Positions 60,447 through 64,000 of a stretch of 64,000 bases of DNA are shown here, in pieces. A program made the position numbers and the translations under genes. The notes beneath the pieces are model-generated. The model made no database searches. It saw only the letters and a program-made list of their open reading frames with translations, and had not been told where the DNA came from. The stretch's first letter is position 1, and each line of letters starts with the position of its first letter. Source of the stretch: Alphaproteobacteria bacterium (lineage in GTDB: Bacteria > Pseudomonadota > Alphaproteobacteria > SP197). The stretch lies in contig VGDP01000007.1 of the NCBI GenBank assembly GCA_016869675.1, forward strand, positions 4,286 to 68,285. Reading direction: 5' to 3'.

Positions 60447-61850
60447 ATGGCGCGCTCGAACGTCGCGTACGACACCAAGGAGATCTGGCAGAAGGACAAG
60501 GACCACTTCATCCACCCGTGGACCAACTTCGCCACCTTCAACGACCAGGGCAGCGAGGTGATCGCCGCGGGCGACGGCGCCTACATCTACGATTCCAACG
60601 GCACCAAGTACCTGGACGGCATCGGCGGTCTGTGGTGCGTCAACATCGGCTACGGCCGCGACGAGATGGCCGAGGCGATCGCCGAGCAGGTGCGCCGGCT
60701 GCCCTACTTCTCGCCGTTCGGGCACCAGACCAACCCGCCCGCGGCGCTGCTGGCCGACAAGCTGGCCGACTTGGCGCCCAAGCACATCAACCACGTGTTC
60801 TACAGCAACAGCGGGTCGGTCGCGAACGACACCGCCGTGCGCATCGTCCACTTCTACTTCAACCAGATCGGCAAGCCGAAGAAGAAGCTGATCATCAGCC
60901 GGGTCGACGCGTACCACGGCATGACCTACCTGTCGGCGGCGCTGACAGGCGTGGCGTTCGACAAGATCGGCTTCGACACGGCCGAGAGCGTGGTGCGCCA
61001 CGTCAGCGCGCCCTACACCTACCGGCGCCCGGCCGGCATGACGCCGGAACAGTTCCTCGACCACCTGGTCAAGGAGCTGGACGCCAAGGTGCAGGAGCTC
61101 GGGCCCGACAACTGCGCCGCGTTCATCGCCGAGCCGATCATGGGCGCCGGCGGCGTGCTGGTGGCGCCCCAGGGTTATCACCGGCGCATGAAGGAGGTGT
61201 GCCAGAAGTACGGCATGCTCTACATCTCGGATGAGGTGGTCACCGGCTTCGGCCGCCTCGGGCACTTCTTCGCGTCCGAGCCGGTGTTCGACGTCACGCC
61301 CGACATCATCACCTCGGCCAAGGGCATCTCGTCGGGCTATCTGCCGCTGGGCGCGACGCTGATCTCGGACCAGATCTACGACGCGCTGCGGACGCCCCAG
61401 GCCAAGGGTGCCCTGTTCACCATCGGCTACACCTATTCGGGCCATCCGGTGGTGTGCGCCGCCGCGCTCAAGAACATCGAGATCATGGAGCGCGAGGACA
61501 TCCCGGGCCACGTGCGCAAAGTCGGCCCGTACTTCGAGCAGCAGCTCGCCACCCTGCTCGACCTGCCGCTGGTCGGCGACGTGCGCGGCAAGGGCTTCAT
61601 GATGTGCATCGAGAACGTGGCCAACAAGCAGACCAAGGAGCTGCTGCCGCCCGAGGCCGACGTCGGCGGGCGCATCGCGCGCCACTGCCAGGAACGCGGC
61701 CTGATCGTGCGGCCGCTGGGCCATCTGAACATCATGTCGCCGCCGCTGATCCTGACCAAGGAGCAGATCGACTTCTTCGTCGGCACGCTGCGCGAGGCGA
61801 TCAAGCTGACCCAGGACGACTTGGTGCGCGAGAAGCTCTGGAAGGGCTAG
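60447..61850 (+). CDS. class III (omega) aminotransferase, PLP-dependent
   Basis: DGIGGLWCVNIGYGR, FIAEPIMGAGGVLVAP, DEVVTGFGRLG, SAKGISSGYLPLGA. 467 aa. Confidence 0.85.
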   Translation: MARSNVAYDTKEIWQKDKDHFIHPWTNFATFNDQGSEVIAAGDGAYIYDSNGTKYLDGIGGLWCVNIGYGRDEMAEAIAEQVRRLPYFSPFGHQTNPPAALLADKLADLAPKHINHVFYSNSGSVANDTAVRIVHFYFNQIGKPKKKLIISRVDAYHGMTYLSAALTGVAFDKIGFDTAESVVRHVSAPYTYRRPAGMTPEQFLDHLVKELDAKVQELGPDNCAAFIAEPIMGAGGVLVAPQGYHRRMKEVCQKYGMLYISDEVVTGFGRLGHFFASEPVFDVTPDIITSAKGISSGYLPLGATLISDQIYDALRTPQAKGALFTIGYTYSGHPVVCAAALKNIEIMEREDIPGHVRKVGPYFEQQLATLLDLPLVGDVRGKGFMMCIENVANKQTKELLPPEADVGGRIARHCQERGLIVRPLGHLNIMSPPLILTKEQIDFFVGTLREAIKLTQDDLVREKLWKG

Positions 61851-61923
61851 ACCGCGGCCGCACGGAACGACGGCATCGGGCGGGGCAACCCGCCCGATGG
61901 CGTTTGCGGCCGGTGTCGTGGCG

Positions 61924-62823
61924 TCAGCGGCCGGCGAGATGCGCCGCGCACGCCGCGGCGAACGCCTCGGCCATGCGGGTCGGGCGCACGCCGGCCATGC
62001 GCGCGAGGCCAAGCCGTTCCGGCACCAGGGGCTCGGCCAGCCGCCGGTAGACCAGCCGCTTGCCGTCCAGCGCCTCCTCGCTCACGGGCCGCGAATGCAT
62101 CAGGGCGTAGCCGTGGCCGTTGCCGACCAGGCTGCGCACCATCTCGAAGGACGGCGATTCGTGGGCGATCAGCGGCTCGAGCCCGTGGGCGTGGAAGATC
62201 GACAGGAAGTAGTCGCGGCTGCGCGGCAGCGACAGCAGCACCATGGGCTCGGCGGCGAGCCGGCGCAGCGACACCTTCGGGCGCCGGGCGAGCGGATGGT
62301 CGGCCGGCAGCACCGCGTGGATCGGCACCTCGACCAACGGCGTGAACACCACGTCCTCGTCGAGACCGAGCCCGTAGGTGAGCGCCAATTCGTGGCGGCC
62401 CGAGCGCAGCCCTTCCCGCAGACCGTCGAGATCGCGCTCGTGCACCACGACACGAATCTCGGGGTGCCGGCGCGCCACGGCGCCGAGCAGCGCCGGCACC
62501 ACGAACGGCGCGAAGGTCACGAAGCAGCCGATGTCGAGCGTGCCGGCCAGGCCTTCGCCCAGGCCGCGCGCGGCGGCGCGCAGCCCGTCCGCGTGGCTGA
62601 GCAGGCTGCGCGCGTCGCCCACCAGGCGGCGGCCCGCCGGGGTCAGCGACAGGCCCTGGGCGTGGTGGCGGATGAAGAGCTGCACGCCGAGCCCGGCCTC
62701 GAGCTGGGCCAGCGCGGTCGACACCGAGGGCTGCGCCACGTGGCAGGCGCGCGCCGCTGCGGTGACCGATCCGCCATCCGCCGCGGCGACGAAGTAGCGC
62801 AGCTGCCGCAGGGTGTAAGTCAT
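61924..62823 (-). CDS. LysR family transcriptional regulator
   Basis: MTYTLRQLRYFVAAADGGSVTAAARACHVAQPSVSTALAQLE HTH and a LysR substrate-binding domain. Divergent from the HpaB-like gene. Confidence 0.85.
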   Translation of the reverse strand: MTYTLRQLRYFVAAADGGSVTAAARACHVAQPSVSTALAQLEAGLGVQLFIRHHAQGLSLTPAGRRLVGDARSLLSHADGLRAAARGLGEGLAGTLDIGCFVTFAPFVVPALLGAVARRHPEIRVVVHERDLDGLREGLRSGRHELALTYGLGLDEDVVFTPLVEVPIHAVLPADHPLARRPKVSLRRLAAEPMVLLSLPRSRDYFLSIFHAHGLEPLIAHESPSFEMVRSLVGNGHGYALMHSRPVSEEALDGKRLVYRRLAEPLVPERLGLARMAGVRPTRMAEAFAAACAAHLAGR

Positions 62824-62920
62824 AGGAATTGCCTATCCTTTGATACGGAAAATAATAGTTTTCATGTGCAGGGCGGGCGCGTCAAATCCGACGCCGAGGC
62901 CGACCACGGAGGATCGCGAC

Positions 62921-64000
62921 CATGCTGATGACCGGCGCCGCCTACAGGGATTCGATCCGCGACGATCGCCTGGTCTGGATGAACGGCGAGCGGGTCAAGG
63001 ACGTGACCCAGCACCCGGCGTTCACGCCGATCATCGATGCCCGCGCGCGCATCTACGACATGGCGCACGAAGCCAAGTTCCGCGACGCCATGGCCTACAG
63101 CCAGGCCAACGAGCAGTACCCCGTTTCCTACAAGCTGCCCTACACCCAGGGCGACTGGCACGCCAAGCGCCGCTGGGTCGACACGGTGATGCGCGAGCTG
63201 GGTGGCGTGGTGATCCGCATCGGCGACGAAACGGTCGGCGAGATGTGGTCGTTGTGGGACGGCAAGGACGTGCTGAACGAGGTCGACGACAGCTGGTCGG
63301 CCAACATCGAGAAGCACATCCAGAACGTGCTGCGCAACGACGTGTTCCACGTCTCGGCCAACACGGACCCGAAGGGCGACCGGTCCAAGCGGCCGCAGGA
63401 CCAGGACCCTGACATGCTGCTGCACGTGGTCAAGGAGACCGACGCGGGCGTCGTGGTGCGCGGCGCCAAGTACGAAACCGCCGCGGCGTACGCCCACCAG
63501 GCGTTCGTCAAGCCGACCATCGCCAACTGGGGCGACGACAAGCTGAGCGACTACGCGCTGGGCTTCATCTGCCCGATGAACGCGCCGGGGCTGAAGCACA
63601 TCTGCCGCACCGGCTTCGCCCAGCGCGTCAAGGGCCAGGACTACCCCATCGCCAGCCGGTTCGACGAGATCGACACGCTCCTGGTGTTCGACGACGTGTT
63701 CGTACCGTGGGAGAATCTCCTGTTCTACCGGCACACGCGCGCAGCCTCGTTCATCCGCGGCACGCTGCACCGCTACAGTGCGTTCCCCTTCGTGTTGCGC
63801 CTCCTCTACATCGCCGACATGCTGATCGGCGCGGCGCTATTCAACGCGCGCCAGACCGGCCTGCACCACCAGCAGGCGGTGCGCGAGAAGCTGGCCGAGC
63901 TGGCGTGCTATCGCGAGGGCATCAACGCGCACCTGACGGCCGCCATCGCCATGGGCCAGAAGAGCCCGAACGGCCTGCTGATGCCGAACCAGTCGCTCTT
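62921..64000 (+). CDS. HpaB-family flavin-dependent monooxygenase (4-hydroxyphenylacetate 3-hydroxylase-like), 3' end runs off window
   Basis: ATG at 62921. MLMTGAAYRDSIRDDRLVWMNGERVKDVTQHPAFTPIIDARARIYDMA, the HpaB N-terminal domain. No stop within the window. Confidence 0.75.

Noticed and set aside
1-64000. tRNA, rRNA and CRISPR search
   Set aside because: No GGTTCGAATCC or GGTTCAAATCC T-loop contexts with acceptor-stem pairing, no rRNA-like conserved blocks, and no regularly spaced direct repeats were seen.

Overview
This is a ~70% GC chromosomal segment with alphaproteobacterial gene order and content. It is dense in housekeeping genes. These include the rpmH-rnpA-yidD-yidC-engB-argB cluster, dapD-dapE, truA-fmt / def, recR-ybaB-dnaX with an SRP RNA gene just upstream of dnaX, kdsB-pheA, mutL, pgi, and ribF-ileS-lspA. 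Accessory genes are interspersed: a GMC oxidoreductase, a class III adenylate cyclase-TPR protein, a translationally coupled K+ channel / S58 peptidase / DppBC permease operon, gamma-glutamyltranspeptidase, a HigB-like/XRE toxin-antitoxin pair, an SPFH/NfeD pair, and a putative catabolic cluster (2OG oxygenase, M24 hydrolase, class III aminotransferase, LysR, HpaB-family monooxygenase) at the 3' end.

Two things stand out beyond routine annotation. First, a family of ~105-bp nearly perfect palindromic intergenic repeats (MITE/RIME-like) has four clear copies and one degenerate copy, all between genes; one copy splits the def-fmt operon. There are also mosaic GC-rich hairpin repeats. Second, gene lesions are unusually frequent: frameshifts, three in-frame TAG codons, one in-frame TGA, and a probable ATG-to-ATA start loss. 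With the exception of engB and rnpA, which only lack an obvious canonical start codon, they fall in accessory or signalling genes: ompW, ggt, an orphan histidine kinase, an NSS transporter, a DUF2336 gene, a PAS-GAF-GGDEF gene, tfdA, a PNPOx-like gene, a Sel1 gene and a higB-like toxin. The essential genes are intact. The genome uses TAG as an ordinary stop, so recoding is unlikely. The pattern fits either genuine pseudogenisation under relaxed selection or an error-prone assembly, and read-level data are needed to decide. No tRNA, rRNA or CRISPR array was found.
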